Below are positions 1-12,722 of a stretch of DNA of 64,000 bases, in pieces. Positions within the stretch are counted from its first letter, which is position 1, and each line of letters opens with the position of its first letter. This stretch comes from an uncultured candidatus Porisulfidus sp. (GTDB taxonomy: Bacteria; Pseudomonadota; Gammaproteobacteria; Poriferisulfidales; Poriferisulfidaceae). The position numbers and the translations under genes were made by a program. A model generated the notes under the pieces. The model made no database searches. It saw nothing but the letters and a program-made list of their open reading frames with translations, and was not told the DNA's origin. The DNA lies in assembly GCA_965116025.1 (NCBI GenBank), contig OZ220480.1, positions 704,001-768,000 of the forward strand, read 5' to 3'.

Positions 1-39
1 CAAAAGGAACAGAAGCACGGCCAGATACTCGTCAAGCAT
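1..39 (-). CDS. nuoA: 5' end of probable NADH-quinone oxidoreductase subunit A (runs off window)
   Basis: Minus strand ATG at 39 gives MLDEYLAVLLFLL, resembling the NuoA N-terminus; GAGGA SD upstream and TATAAT at 120-125 (minus). Only 13 codons visible. Confidence 0.55.
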   Translation of the reverse strand, partial: MLDEYLAVLLFLL

Positions 40-140
40 GGTGGATCCTCCCGCAATTCCACGTCGCGCGGAGACGCTCGGGACGCGGCACGGTTCGAGC
101 GGCGGTCGCGCCGCTCGGAATTATAGCCCCCCGCCGGGGA

Positions 141-217
141 TGGTAGGCGCGATTGGAATCGAACCAACGACCTCTACCATGTCACGGTAGCGCTCTGACC
201 AACTGAGCTACGCGCCT
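141..217 (-). tRNA. tRNA-Val(GAC)
   Basis: Reverse complement AGGCGCGTAGCTCAGTTGGTCAGAGCGCTACCGTGACATGGTAGAGGTCGTTGGTTCGATTCCAATCGCGCCTACCA: anticodon stem CTACC/GGTAG with GAC, T-loop GTTCGA, encoded CCA. Confidence 0.96.
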
Positions 218-282
218 GCGGACGCCCGTCCCGCCCGCCAATCCTACCACGTCGCGCGCGGAAGCCCGCGTTCGAGAGGAGG

Positions 283-895
283 CCTAAGATCTCCAAGCTA
301 ACCGAATTCTAACGATTTTGGCCTGTCCGGGATTTTGCGCGCTCGGCGGCGAGGTCAGATCGGGGTGGGAAAGCGCCGACCCGCAGGTTCAGAACGTTTC
401 GCTCGGGGGACAGAAGCGGTGGATCCGCAGCGATGCCCCCCGCCGCGGAACCACGCCGCCAGCTCCTCCTCAATCCCCAGCAGGCCCGGCTCATGCAGGC
501 GAACCAGCTCGCGCAGACCCGCGTTGTCCTCCAGCTCGTCCACGTCCGAGACGCATTCGTGATCCAGCCCGTTGAGCGGCAGCAGGGTCAGCGGCGTCTG
601 CCCGCTGGTCCAGCCTTGCGACGGCTCTGGCAGGGACCGCGGAAGGTCGCGCAGGACCTGCGCCTGGCCCAGTTCAGCAGCACGAGGACGCCGCCGTCGG
701 GACTGACGCGGCTCATCTTGTCGTCGCCGGTGACGACGACCGGAGAGGTGAATTCCGACATATAATGGGGCTCCCGGTTGGTTGTCGTTCGTTCACCCAA
801 TGGGTGCACCGTTCACACTTCGATATCTATCGGATTCCCTCGATAGAATCGGCATCAGCCGGGACCTCTCCTCACTTATAGCTCGGATATCGAGA
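283..895 (-). mobile_element. Internally deleted (non-autonomous) IS1380-family derivative retaining both ends
   Basis: Collinear pieces of the full element at 23648-25512; ends CCTAAGATCTCCAAGCTA and TAGCTCGGATATCGAGA; transposase fragments MSEFTSPVVVTGDDK and DELEDNAGLRELVRLHEPG. Confidence 0.88.
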
Positions 896-1073
896 AAGGC
901 GCGACACAATGCGACGAGCGCATCTGCGACCCCGCGCACCGTTGGACGAGCGCATGGATATTCCCCACGATCCGCTCGATTCTTCCTGAAACAGTCGAAA
1001 TTCTCTAAAATCCGTTGCTTTTTGGGACGATCCGTGCTACGTTTGCGTCTGCTAGGCTTAGGTAGGATCCTTG

Positions 1074-2096
1074 ATGGCCCGAAGTGATCTCATCGTCGAC
1101 CTTGTCAAGGCCGGAGTTAGCGGGGACCAGGAGTCCGCCCGCGTGACGGCCGAGGCGATCGCCGCGAACGAACGCGCGAAGAAGCACACCGTCGTCGCGG
1201 AACGAATCGCCCGAGCACTTTCCGCGCCTCCAAAGCCCACGGGACCGGGCTCGTTTAAGCCGGCTAGCTCGCGCGTCCGGAACGGCTCCGGGGGAATCCA
1301 ACGACATCACCCGGAGCGGCCGCTGACCAGCCTGTTTCTCGCGAAGGCCATCCGGAACGCGTGTCACGAACTGATCGAGGAACAGGCGCGCGCTGAAATT
1401 CTGCGTGCCCACGGCCTGGAACCGCGCCATCGCGTCCTGCTTGTCGGCCCACCAGGAAACGGCAAGACCTCCCTTGCGGAGAGTCTCGCGTTCGAAATGG
1501 CTCTCCCGCTATTCGCCGTCCGATACGACGCGGTGGTGACCAGCTATCTGGGCGAAACGGCCCAGAGGCTAAGGCGGCTCTTCGATTATGTGCGGACCGA
1601 ACCATGTGTCTTGTTCTTCGATGAATTTGACGCCCTTGGCAAGGAACGTGGCGACCTTCACGAGACTGGCGAAATCAAGCGGGTCGTGACGACGCTTCTC
1701 CTGCAGCTTGACGACCTTCCCTCCTATTGCGTTCTCGTTGCCGCGACCAATCATCCGGAGTTGCTCGACCGAGCCACATGGAGACGATTTGAAATCAAGC
1801 TTGAGTTGGGGAAACCGACGGAAGATCAGATGACGGAGTATTTCGCGCTCCGGCTCCGGGAGTTCAGGGAGAAATCGGGTTATACGGCCAAGAGATTGCG
1901 TTCAACCGTTTCGCCGAAGAATTTTTCCGAGGCGGAAGATTTTTTTCTCGACCTTCATCGCCGCCACACGCTGGCGCAAGGCAACCTGACTTTCCGGACC
2001 CTGGTGAAGGACCGAGTGAAGGCCAAGAACGACCTGAGCGACCAGCAGGACCAATATTTCACGAATGGCCGATCGGCCGATCCTGCGCCTTCCTGA
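1074..2096 (+). CDS. AAA+ ATPase (IetA-type, partner of S8 protease)
   Basis: Walker A GPPGNGKT, Walker B FFDEFD, AATNHPELLDRATWRRF; overlaps the downstream subtilase start. Alternative TTG start at 1071. Confidence 0.88.
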   Translation: MARSDLIVDLVKAGVSGDQESARVTAEAIAANERAKKHTVVAERIARALSAPPKPTGPGSFKPASSRVRNGSGGIQRHHPERPLTSLFLAKAIRNACHELIEEQARAEILRAHGLEPRHRVLLVGPPGNGKTSLAESLAFEMALPLFAVRYDAVVTSYLGETAQRLRRLFDYVRTEPCVLFFDEFDALGKERGDLHETGEIKRVVTTLLLQLDDLPSYCVLVAATNHPELLDRATWRRFEIKLELGKPTEDQMTEYFALRLREFREKSGYTAKRLRSTVSPKNFSEAEDFFLDLHRRHTLAQGNLTFRTLVKDRVKAKNDLSDQQDQYFTNGRSADPAPS

Positions 2097-4680
2097 TTCG
2101 CGTCCCGCGCGCAGGATGACGGGAGAGCCAGCTCGGTTCCCTCGCCCTCAAGGCGCTGGGCGCCGCTGGCAAGGAGAGAGATTTCGTCAGGAATTCGAGC
2201 GCCTCGAAGGCATGCTCGCTCGTGACGATGCGGCATTTGAACTGCGACGCGATCCATTTGGCGTCGCGCCCGAACGCGCGCTCGTATTCGTCACAGCGGT
2301 GTCGATCAGCGACTTTGCTCGCGCAGCTCGGTCGGTTGGCTTTGAAGTGCTACTCGAAATTGAACTGGACGATGACTATGATCTGCCGGACGGCTTGATC
2401 GACGACCATCCAGACACCATCTCCCCGACCCTCTATGCGACCATGCCTACCCAGAAAGCCCTCGGCCAGCTCCTTAGGCTTTGGCACAGGTATCAGGAGG
2501 ATCGCGACGCTCAGCGCGGCCACGCTCCCTGGTGGAACCTCTTCGGCATGCTCGCCGAGTTACGTCCTTGGGGACCGGAAGACCGCCTGTCTGCCAGCGG
2601 CCGTGCTGAGCTGGAGAACCGGCTTCCGTTCGACGATGACACCCAAGTCAAGCTGGAGCTTGAACATTGGCCGACGCAAAACTTGGGCAAGCTTGGCCGA
2701 TGGCGACGAGAAACCGAAGCAAAGGTCGCCTCTCTGGGCGGCCGCGTCATCGACCGAAGCACCATTCACGAGGGCAGCTTCACGTACGACGCCATGCTTG
2801 TTGGACTCGCTGCTAGCGCCGTGCGCGCCATGCTCGACAACCCGTCCGCACCGGATGGACTCGCGACACTCGACGGTCTTCAGTTCGTTTTACCTCAAAC
2901 CATCGCGCAGTCTCTGCCCGCGCATTCTCAGCCTTCAGACGTTGATTTGGAAAATATCGAGAATTTTGACCCCGCCAATCCTTTCCGAGTTTTGCTCCTT
3001 GATGGCACGCCGATCGCCGGTCATCGCAGCCTTGATGGTGGCGTTGCCATCGAAGACGTGCACGATTTGGTCGATCGATCCCCAGTCGCCGTCAGGCGCC
3101 ACGCCACCGCGATGGCATCGCTCATTCTGAGGGGCGATCTCGAATCCGACGGGCACCCTGTTCTCGATAGCCGCCTGCTGGCCATTCCTCTGATGGTCGA
3201 CAACGAAGACGGGGCCACCTCTCCGGATGACCGTCTTTTTGTGGACCTCGTTCATACCGCCCTTCAGAGAGCGTTCCGTGGCGACACCCCCCTAGTCCCG
3301 GACGCGTTCGTCGTGAATTTCTCGATTGGTGTTCACGGTTCGCATTTCGCTGGCCGCATCAGTTCACTGGCACGCCTGCTCGATTGGTGGTCGAGCGAGG
3401 CAGGAATCCTTTTTGTCGTCTCTGCCGGCAACGTGCAACAGGATCTTCACATACCTGACATGACCGTAAGCGGATTCGAGAGCTTATCCCTGCCGGAACG
3501 TCGAGAACATGTCCGTGCTGCCCAACGGCGGCACCGTTACGAACGCACGCTCCTAGCACCGAGCGAGGCCCTAAACGTCCTTACGGTCGGCGCCGCATCT
3601 CTCGATCTGAGGCCGGCCTTCATGGCCGTGGCTCCAGGAGTGATCGAGGGGCAAGCCGACGGCGACATCCTTCCTGCTATATCCAGCGCATTGGGCCTCG
3701 GTCCGTTTCGCACCATAAAACCGGATCTAATCGGTATTGGAGGACATCAGGAAGTACAAGCGGTTCCGGCCGGCGATGGTCTGAGACTACGCACCGTTCC
3801 TCGGAGTGTGCGCACCGGATTGACTGTCGCGACGGCCGGCATCGGTGCGTCACCTCAATCTCGCTCCCGAGGAACCAGTTGCGCCGCAGCTCTTGTAACG
3901 AGGTCACTGCTCAATGCAGCCGCCACGCTCACTGAAGAAGGCGGCCCCTACGAAGGCATGGAAATTTCCCGCAACGATCTCGCGTTGCTGACAAGAGCAT
4001 TGGCGATTAACGCCAGCAGGTGGCCCAAAGCCGCGGAGGAACTCTACGTCACCGAAAAGGCAACCCAAAAAAGACGCATCCAGCAAGCCGCAGAAGAAGT
4101 CGCCCGTCACTTCGGATATGGCTTCCTGGATGCCAAACTCATGTGCGAGGCTCCGCTTCACGGAGTGACCCTGATTGGCCTCGGTCGGGTACGAAGAGAT
4201 CGGAGCGCGATTTTCGACATGCCGCTCCCCTCGTCTCTTTCCGGCGATATGGTTCACCGGTCGATGCTGGTGACCTTGGCATGGTTTTCGCCCGTGGAAC
4301 CGGCGCGAGCCAAGTATCGCCTAGCTGCCTTGGAAGCCATTGCCGCAGACGGTGATACGCTTGAAGACGATGCCGAGGACAAACACTGGAACCTCGCGAT
4401 GAAGTCCGCGCCCCCTGCCGTAGCTATCATCAAGAGGGGCACTGCTTGGTCCCGCCGCCTCGTGCACAAACGTGTCCGTGCCCCAGACTATGACGATGAA
4501 GCAACGCTTCCGATCCGAGTTCAATGTCGAGATGCCTCAGGGGGCGGACTCGACCCCGACTTGGATATCTCATTCGCAATCGCTATCACACTCGAAGTCA
4601 CAGCAACCGCTGAATATGACGTGCGCGAAGAAATCCGCGATCAACTCCTGATCCGACTCCAAGGAGAACAGAGGGCATAG
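2065..4680 (+). CDS. Subtilisin-like S8 serine peptidase (IetS-type)
   Basis: Catalytic Asp (LLLDGTP), His (RRHATAMAS), oxyanion Asn (SAGN), Ser (GTSCAAA), KPDL motif; no signal peptide; paired with AAA ATPase. Confidence 0.85.
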   Translation: MADRPILRLPDSRPARRMTGEPARFPRPQGAGRRWQGERFRQEFERLEGMLARDDAAFELRRDPFGVAPERALVFVTAVSISDFARAARSVGFEVLLEIELDDDYDLPDGLIDDHPDTISPTLYATMPTQKALGQLLRLWHRYQEDRDAQRGHAPWWNLFGMLAELRPWGPEDRLSASGRAELENRLPFDDDTQVKLELEHWPTQNLGKLGRWRRETEAKVASLGGRVIDRSTIHEGSFTYDAMLVGLAASAVRAMLDNPSAPDGLATLDGLQFVLPQTIAQSLPAHSQPSDVDLENIENFDPANPFRVLLLDGTPIAGHRSLDGGVAIEDVHDLVDRSPVAVRRHATAMASLILRGDLESDGHPVLDSRLLAIPLMVDNEDGATSPDDRLFVDLVHTALQRAFRGDTPLVPDAFVVNFSIGVHGSHFAGRISSLARLLDWWSSEAGILFVVSAGNVQQDLHIPDMTVSGFESLSLPERREHVRAAQRRHRYERTLLAPSEALNVLTVGAASLDLRPAFMAVAPGVIEGQADGDILPAISSALGLGPFRTIKPDLIGIGGHQEVQAVPAGDGLRLRTVPRSVRTGLTVATAGIGASPQSRSRGTSCAAALVTRSLLNAAATLTEEGGPYEGMEISRNDLALLTRALAINASRWPKAAEELYVTEKATQKRRIQQAAEEVARHFGYGFLDAKLMCEAPLHGVTLIGLGRVRRDRSAIFDMPLPSSLSGDMVHRSMLVTLAWFSPVEPARAKYRLAALEAIAADGDTLEDDAEDKHWNLAMKSAPPAVAIIKRGTAWSRRLVHKRVRAPDYDDEATLPIRVQCRDASGGGLDPDLDISFAIAITLEVTATAEYDVREEIRDQLLIRLQGEQRA

Positions 4681-5007
4681 GCTATTCGTATCGTTCTGTC
4701 CCAGAAGTAAGAGATATTTTTATGGGGTGATCCCTGCCAAGAGTTCGCCCATGCCGGGTGCGAATCTGACATGGCGATGCCGGGACCGCTTGGCTGATCC
4801 GGTTTATGCGGTGCGCCTGTTGGGGTAGTCGGCACAGTTATTTTCGTTGGCGGGGGTATCGACACCACCCATGAGGGTTGCCCATGCGCAGTCGAAACAG
4901 CCGGATTTGATGAGGGCGCGGACGGTGAGGACAGCCCGGCCGCCGGCGATGCGCCCCACCCCTAGCTCGCCCTCTCCCGGTGGCGATCCTCTATACTTCG
5001 CTCCGGG

Positions 5008-5841
5008 ATGAAGAGGGAAACGCGCCGATCCGCCGCCGGGTTTCTCCTCGCGTGCGCCACGACCGCCAACGCCATGGAAATCGAGCTGGAAGGCCCACTG
5101 ACCCAAGGTGGCCTGGTTCGGGGCCAAGTCGAGCCTGGCCACGTCGTGACGCTGGACGGGCGAGACGTCGCCACGACGGAGGATGGGCGCTTCGTCATCG
5201 GCTTCGGGCGAGAGCACCCGGCGCGCTCCACCCTGCGGGTGACCGGTCCAAAGTCCACGCTCGAGCGAACCTTAGCGATCCAAGCGCGTGAATACCAGAC
5301 GCAACGCATCGACGGGTTGCCCGGCAAGATGGTGACGCCGGGCCCGGACGAGCTCGCGCGCATCCGGCGCGACCAGGCCGAGGTCCAAGCCGCCCGCGCT
5401 ATCCGCAGCGACCGGCTCGGCTTCCTGCGGCCCTTCCGCTGGCCCGCCACCGGCGTCATCACCGGAGTCTATGGCAGCAACCGGGTCCTGAACGGAACGC
5501 CCCGCGCCCCGCACTACGGGGTCGATATCGCCGCGCCCGCGGGCGCCCCGGTGCGCGCGCCCGCGCCCGGACGAGTCACGCTGGCGCATCCGGACATGTA
5601 CTACACCGGCGCGACCATCATCCTGGACCACGGCTTCGGCGTGTCCTCCACGTTCCTCCACCTGCGCGACATCGACGTCGCGGTCGGCCAAGCCGTGGAC
5701 GCCGGCGAGCGGATCGGTCGGGTCGGGTCCAGCGGGCGCTCCACCGGGCCGCACCTGGACTGGCGGGTGAACTGGCTCGACGTCCGGCTCGACCCCGCCC
5801 TGCTCGCGGGCCCGATGCCCGGAGAGGAGGACCGCAGGTGA
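5008..5841 (+). CDS. M23 family metallopeptidase, secreted
   Basis: Signal peptide, HYGVDIAAP (HxxxD) and STGPHLDW motifs. Confidence 0.88.
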   Translation: MKRETRRSAAGFLLACATTANAMEIELEGPLTQGGLVRGQVEPGHVVTLDGRDVATTEDGRFVIGFGREHPARSTLRVTGPKSTLERTLAIQAREYQTQRIDGLPGKMVTPGPDELARIRRDQAEVQAARAIRSDRLGFLRPFRWPATGVITGVYGSNRVLNGTPRAPHYGVDIAAPAGAPVRAPAPGRVTLAHPDMYYTGATIILDHGFGVSSTFLHLRDIDVAVGQAVDAGERIGRVGSSGRSTGPHLDWRVNWLDVRLDPALLAGPMPGEEDRR

Positions 5842-6323
5842 GGACGGGGCTGGCCGCCGCGCTGCTGGCCTTCGGGCTGGGCCAAGCGCAGGCCGAAAGC
5901 CCGATCGAGCGCGTCGTCGTGCGGAAGTCCGAAGGCGTCCTGCAGCTCATGGCCGGGAGCCGCGCGATCCGCGAGTTCCCCATCTATTTGGGGAAGCGCC
6001 CCGTGGGCCACAAGCGGCGCCAGGGCGACCGGCGCACCCCCGAGGGGCGGTACGTGATCGAGGGGCGCAAGCCGAACAGTCGCTTCTATCGCGCCCTGCG
6101 CATCTCGTACCCGGACGCCGCCGACCGGGCGGCCGCGGCGGCGGCCGGAGCGCCGCCGGGCGGCGACATCATGATCCATGGCATGCCCCCGCTTGAAAAA
6201 CGCAGCTTGCTGCTGTTCGACGGCCGGAACTGGACCGACGGATGCGTCGCGGTCAGCAACCCGCACATGCGGGAGATCTGGGATCTGGTGGATCTGGGCA
6301 CCCCGATAGAAATTCTGCCATAA
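5838..6323 (+). CDS. L,D-transpeptidase (YkuD) family protein
   Basis: GDRRTPEG, IMIHG...WTDGCVA (HxxxxxxxxxxxxxxxxxxC-type catalytic pair); GTGA overlap with the M23 gene. Confidence 0.88.
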   Translation: MRTGLAAALLAFGLGQAQAESPIERVVVRKSEGVLQLMAGSRAIREFPIYLGKRPVGHKRRQGDRRTPEGRYVIEGRKPNSRFYRALRISYPDAADRAAAAAAGAPPGGDIMIHGMPPLEKRSLLLFDGRNWTDGCVAVSNPHMREIWDLVDLGTPIEILP

Positions 6324-6334
6324 TCAAGCGTTTG
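6322..6334 (+). promoter_or_regulatory. IHF-consensus site upstream of dnaA
   Basis: AATCAAGCGTTTG matches WATCAANNNNTTR exactly, at the edge of the AT-richer intergenic region 6324-6492. Confidence 0.4.
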
Positions 6335-6492
6335 CCGGACGGGACGATTGTTTTCCCTGTAAAATCAAATAGATGGAATGGCCCTGCGCGGAAGGGTGAA
6401 AACAATATTTCTGAAATATCCGATACTTCCATCGCCCGGACACGGGTTCGGTATAGTCTCTCACCCCCAATTCTCACAACAACAAAAGAGGG

Positions 6493-7836
6493 GTGTTCGT
6501 GTCCGCCATCTGGCAAGACTGCCTTCGATTCCTGGAAGCGGAGCTGACCGAGCAGGACATCAACACGTACGTCCGCCCGCTGCGCGCCCAGGAGTCCCCA
6601 ACCTCCCTTCTGCTCTTGGCGCCCAACATGGTGCTTCTGCAGCAGGTCCGAAACCGCTTCATGGACCGGATCGAGAGCTACGTCCGGTCCTTCGCCCAAC
6701 AAGAGAACCTCAGCGTCGACCTGCGGGTGGGCGCGCCCGCGCCCGAGGCGCCGCGAGCGACCTCCGCGCCGGCGGCTCCCCCTCCTGAGTTCTGCGACGT
6801 CCCGATCCACGCCGACCGCCTGCTGCCAAAATTCACGTTCGACCGGTTCGTGCGCGGCGAATCCAACGCGCTGGCGCGCGCGGCGGCGGAGCTCGTCGCT
6901 CGACGGCCCGGCGACGACGACCACAACCCCTACCTGATCTACGGCGGCGTCGGCTTGGGCAAGACCCACCTGATGCAGGCGATCGGGCACGCGCTCCAGG
7001 ACGGCCGGCCCAACGAGCGCGTGGTCTACCTGCACTGCGAGCAGTTCGTCCAGAGCCTGGTCGGCGCGCTGCGGAGCGGCCGGATCGAGACCTTCAAGGC
7101 GTATTACCGCTCCGTCGACACGCTCCTGATCGACGATATCCAGTTCCTGGCCGGCAAGGAGCGCTCGCAGGACGAGTTCCTGCACACCTTCAACGCGCTG
7201 ACCGGACGACAGCGGCAGATCGTCGTCACCTGCGACCGCTATCCCAAGGAAATCAAGGGCATGGAGGACCGGCTGAAATCGCGCCTGGGCGGTGGCATGC
7301 ACTGCGCGATCGACCCGCCCGACGCGGAGACGCGCGCCGCGATCCTGCTCAGCAAGGCCTCGCACCGCGGCATCGATCTGCCCGCGGACGTCGCCCGGTT
7401 CATCGCCGAGCGCGCGGACGGCAGCGTGCGCGAGCTCGAGAGCGCGCTCGCGCGCGTGATCATGCAGGCGACCCTGGAGGAGCGGGAAATCGACGCGGGC
7501 TTCGCCCGTCGCTGCCTGCGCGACGTCGCCCCCGCCCGCGACCGCCCGCTCAACGCCGACCAGATCAAGGCCGCGGTCGCCGCGTACTACGACGTGACCC
7601 GGGAGGACCTGGACTCCCAGCGTCGACCCAAGGCCATCGCCCTGGCCCGGCAGATGGCCATGAAGCTCGCGCACGAGCTGACCGAGATGAGCTTGGCCAG
7701 CATCGGCGAATCCTTCGGCGGGCGGGACCACTCCACCGTGCTGTACGCCTGCCAGAAAATACGGAAGCTGCTGGACGACCACGACGAGAGGACCGGGGTC
7801 GACTACCGGAACCTCAAGCGGACGCTGCTCGGATGA
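6493..7836 (+). CDS. dnaA: Chromosomal replication initiator DnaA
   Basis: YGGVGLGKTHL, LLIDDIQFL, EDRLKSRL, FGGRDHSTVLYA; followed by dnaN-recF-gyrB. Confidence 0.97.
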   Translation: MFVSAIWQDCLRFLEAELTEQDINTYVRPLRAQESPTSLLLLAPNMVLLQQVRNRFMDRIESYVRSFAQQENLSVDLRVGAPAPEAPRATSAPAAPPPEFCDVPIHADRLLPKFTFDRFVRGESNALARAAAELVARRPGDDDHNPYLIYGGVGLGKTHLMQAIGHALQDGRPNERVVYLHCEQFVQSLVGALRSGRIETFKAYYRSVDTLLIDDIQFLAGKERSQDEFLHTFNALTGRQRQIVVTCDRYPKEIKGMEDRLKSRLGGGMHCAIDPPDAETRAAILLSKASHRGIDLPADVARFIAERADGSVRELESALARVIMQATLEEREIDAGFARRCLRDVAPARDRPLNADQIKAAVAAYYDVTREDLDSQRRPKAIALARQMAMKLAHELTEMSLASIGESFGGRDHSTVLYACQKIRKLLDDHDERTGVDYRNLKRTLLG

Positions 7837-7845
7837 GCTGGAGCG

Positions 7846-7989
7846 CGTGGATGACTCGCGAACAACTTCTGGATAACCGCGAGACGCCGGAGGAAAGATT
7901 TCTCTCTCGACCGGGATTCCCCGAATTCTCCACAGGAAGGCGGTCGTATAATAGGACGATGGCGCTTGCCTCGACCCCGCTTTCCCACA
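7846..7989. promoter_or_regulatory. Cluster of DnaA-box-like 9-mers in the dnaA-dnaN spacer (candidate oriC)
   Basis: TCATCCACG (7846-7854, -), TTATCCAGA (7868-7876, -), TTCTCCACA (7926-7934, +), TTTCCCACA (7981-7989, +): 1-2 mismatches to TTATCCACA; TATAAT at 7947-7952. Confidence 0.55.
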
Positions 7990-8025
7990 GCCCCGCCCCG
8001 CCTTAACAACAACAAATTTAAAATC

Positions 8026-9183
8026 ATGAAATTCATTATTGAACAGCGAACGCTGGTGGATCCGCTCCGAAAGCTCGCGAGCACGGCCCCGGACGTCGCC
8101 TCATTGAGTTCCACCGCCGCGGGCTCCGACGCGGTCAACGCCGTTTCCAGCATCCTGATCGAGCCGCGCGAGAACGGCGTCCGGTTCACCGCCACCGATA
8201 ACACCCTGCGGCTGGCGTTCCAGGTCCCGGTGGAAGGAGAGGATCTGAAGCCCTGCACCGTGCCGGCCTCGACGCTGCTGCACATATGCTCCCGGTTTCC
8301 GGCGGATGCCGAGATCCGTTTCGAGCTCCAGGAGGACGGCAAGGCGATGAGCCTCTCGCACGGGCGAAGCCGGTACAAGCTGGTCGTCGTGGACGCGGAC
8401 GAGTTCCCGGGCATAGTGGCCCAGGAAGACGAGCACGAACTGTCCCTGCCGGAAGGCTCTTTGCTGTCCCAGCTGGCCAGCGTCCGGTACGCGATGGCCC
8501 AGAACGACATGCGCTACTATCTGCTTGGGGCCCTGCTGGACGTCACGCCAGACTCGGTGACCGCGGTGGCGACCGACGGGCACCGCATGGCCTTGGCCGA
8601 GCGCGCGCGGAGCACGGGCCTCGAGTCCCCGGTTCAGCTGATCATCCCGAGCAAGGGGGTCGAGGAGCTGGTCAAGATCCTCACCGACGGGGAACAGGAC
8701 GTAGTCCTGCATCTGGCGGGAAACCATCTTCGGCTGGACTTGCCGGGCGACCGTTGCGCCTTCCACAGCATGCTGGTGGACGGGAAATACCCGGATTACC
8801 GCGCGGTGGCGCCGGCGCGCAGGAACTTCAAGGCCAAGGTCGGGCGAGAGGCCCTGATCCGGGCGGCCGAGCGGATCACCCCGGTCGCCGACGAGCTGAC
8901 GCAGGCGGTCACGCTGAGCCTCGCGTCGGGCGAGAGCCTGGAGGTCAGCGCCAAGAACAACAAGGGCGATGTCGGGGAGGAGCGGATCGAGATGGAATTC
9001 TCGCGCGACGAGGAATCCGACGCGGAACCGAAAATTTCCATAAATATCAAATATTTGCTCGATTCCCTCAACGCCATCGACGACGACGGGGTCGTGCTCT
9101 CCGTCGACGACGGGAACGAGAGCATGCTGATCGAGCCGGCGGAGGGAGGCAGCAAGCACATCATCATGCCTATGAAGGCCTGA
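8026..9183 (+). CDS. dnaN: DNA polymerase III beta sliding clamp
   Basis: MKFIIE start at ATG 8026, RFTATD, DMRYYLLG, VATDGHRMA, DGKYPDY, C-terminal IIMPMK. Confidence 0.95.
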   Translation: MKFIIEQRTLVDPLRKLASTAPDVASLSSTAAGSDAVNAVSSILIEPRENGVRFTATDNTLRLAFQVPVEGEDLKPCTVPASTLLHICSRFPADAEIRFELQEDGKAMSLSHGRSRYKLVVVDADEFPGIVAQEDEHELSLPEGSLLSQLASVRYAMAQNDMRYYLLGALLDVTPDSVTAVATDGHRMALAERARSTGLESPVQLIIPSKGVEELVKILTDGEQDVVLHLAGNHLRLDLPGDRCAFHSMLVDGKYPDYRAVAPARRNFKAKVGREALIRAAERITPVADELTQAVTLSLASGESLEVSAKNNKGDVGEERIEMEFSRDEESDAEPKISINIKYLLDSLNAIDDDGVVLSVDDGNESMLIEPAEGGSKHIIMPMKA

Positions 9184-9189
9184 TCTCCC

Positions 9190-10266
9190 GTGCGGCTCGT
9201 CCGCCTGGAGATCCGGAACCTTCGCCTCCTGCGCTCCGTCCCCGACCTTTCGCCACATCCCAGAATCAACCTGATCACCGGGCCCAACGCCGCCGGCAAG
9301 ACGACGTTCCTGGAGGCCATCGACCTGCTGGCTCGGGGGCGGAGCTTCCGGTCTCAGTCTCCCGGGGAGCTGGTGACGCGAGGAGAGCGCGAGTATCTTT
9401 TGCGCGGGCGGGTCGTTTCGGGAGACGCCGGGGAGGGCGGCGTCCCGTTCACCCTGAGCCAGCGAAGGGCTGGCGACGCGCTGGATATTCGGCGCGACGG
9501 GGAACCGATCAAGGGACTTTCCGGCCTCGCCCCGATGCTGGCGGTCCAGGCGATCCACCCGGACAGCCACGCCTTGGCGCATGGGCCTCCGGGCCGAAGG
9601 CGAGCGTGGCTCGACTGGGGGGTGTTCCATGTGGAACCTCGGTATCGCCGGGTTTGGTCCTCCTACCGGCGCGCCCTGAAGCAACGCAACGCCGCGCTGA
9701 GGGCGCGCGGGCAGAACCCCGAGCTTTGGGACCCGACGCTGGCCGAGACCGGGGAGGAGCTGACATCCCTGCGGCACCGATACCTGGACGAGATCCGGGA
9801 TCCTCTGGATGGGTTCGCGCGCATATTGTTTCCTGGAGTGGAGCTGGAGGTCGGATTTCTTCCTGGATACGACGAGGACGCGGGACTCGCGGCGGCCCTG
9901 TCCGCGGGACTTCGAGCGAGCCGGGAGTCCGGGCGAACCTCCGCCGGCCCCCATCGGGCGGACTTGAGACTGGAGCTGGACGGAATGCCGGCGACCAGAA
10001 TCGCGTCCCGGGGACAGTCGAAGCTGCTGTCCTGCTGCCTGTCGCTGGCGCAGGCCGAGCTGTTCCAGGAACTGCGCGGAGAGAGCTGCGTGCTGCTGTT
10101 CGACGACTTGTCCGCGGAACTGGACGAGACGGGGGTCGAGCGGCTTCAGGAGGCCCTCTCTGGATGCGACGCGCAACTGTTCGCCACCCGGGTCCAGGGC
10201 GCGCCTTTGGAGGCGTTCCCGGAGTCCGCGGGGCGAACGTTCCATGTGGAACATGGGGTCTTCTCG

Positions 10267-10284
<18 letters not shown>
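9190..10284 (+). CDS. recF: DNA replication/repair protein RecF
   Basis: GPNAAGKTTFLEAI, GPHRADL, SRGQSK, LFDDLSAELD. Confidence 0.96.
9623..9638. promoter_or_regulatory. parS-like site inside recF
   Basis: TGTTCCATGTGGAACC, near-palindromic match to the parS consensus TGTT(T/C)CACGTG(A/G)AACA; parS within recF is known in Pseudomonas. Confidence 0.65.
10238..10253. promoter_or_regulatory. Second parS-like site inside recF
   Basis: CGTTCCATGTGGAACA; same 14-bp core as 9624-9637. Confidence 0.65.
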
Positions 10285-12717
<2,433 letters not shown>

Positions 12718-12722
12718 AGGAC

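Noticed and set aside
141-4680. tRNA-Val as attachment site of an integrative island
   Set aside because: Cargo lies on the 5' side of the tRNA; no duplicated tRNA 3' end and no integrase seen.
4700-4960. Minus-strand ...ANENNCADYPNRRTA* and GTTTCGAC, reminiscent of a tmRNA tag and 5' region
   Set aside because: No tRNA-like acceptor or T-arm ending in CCA, and the peptide lacks the ALAA-type end.
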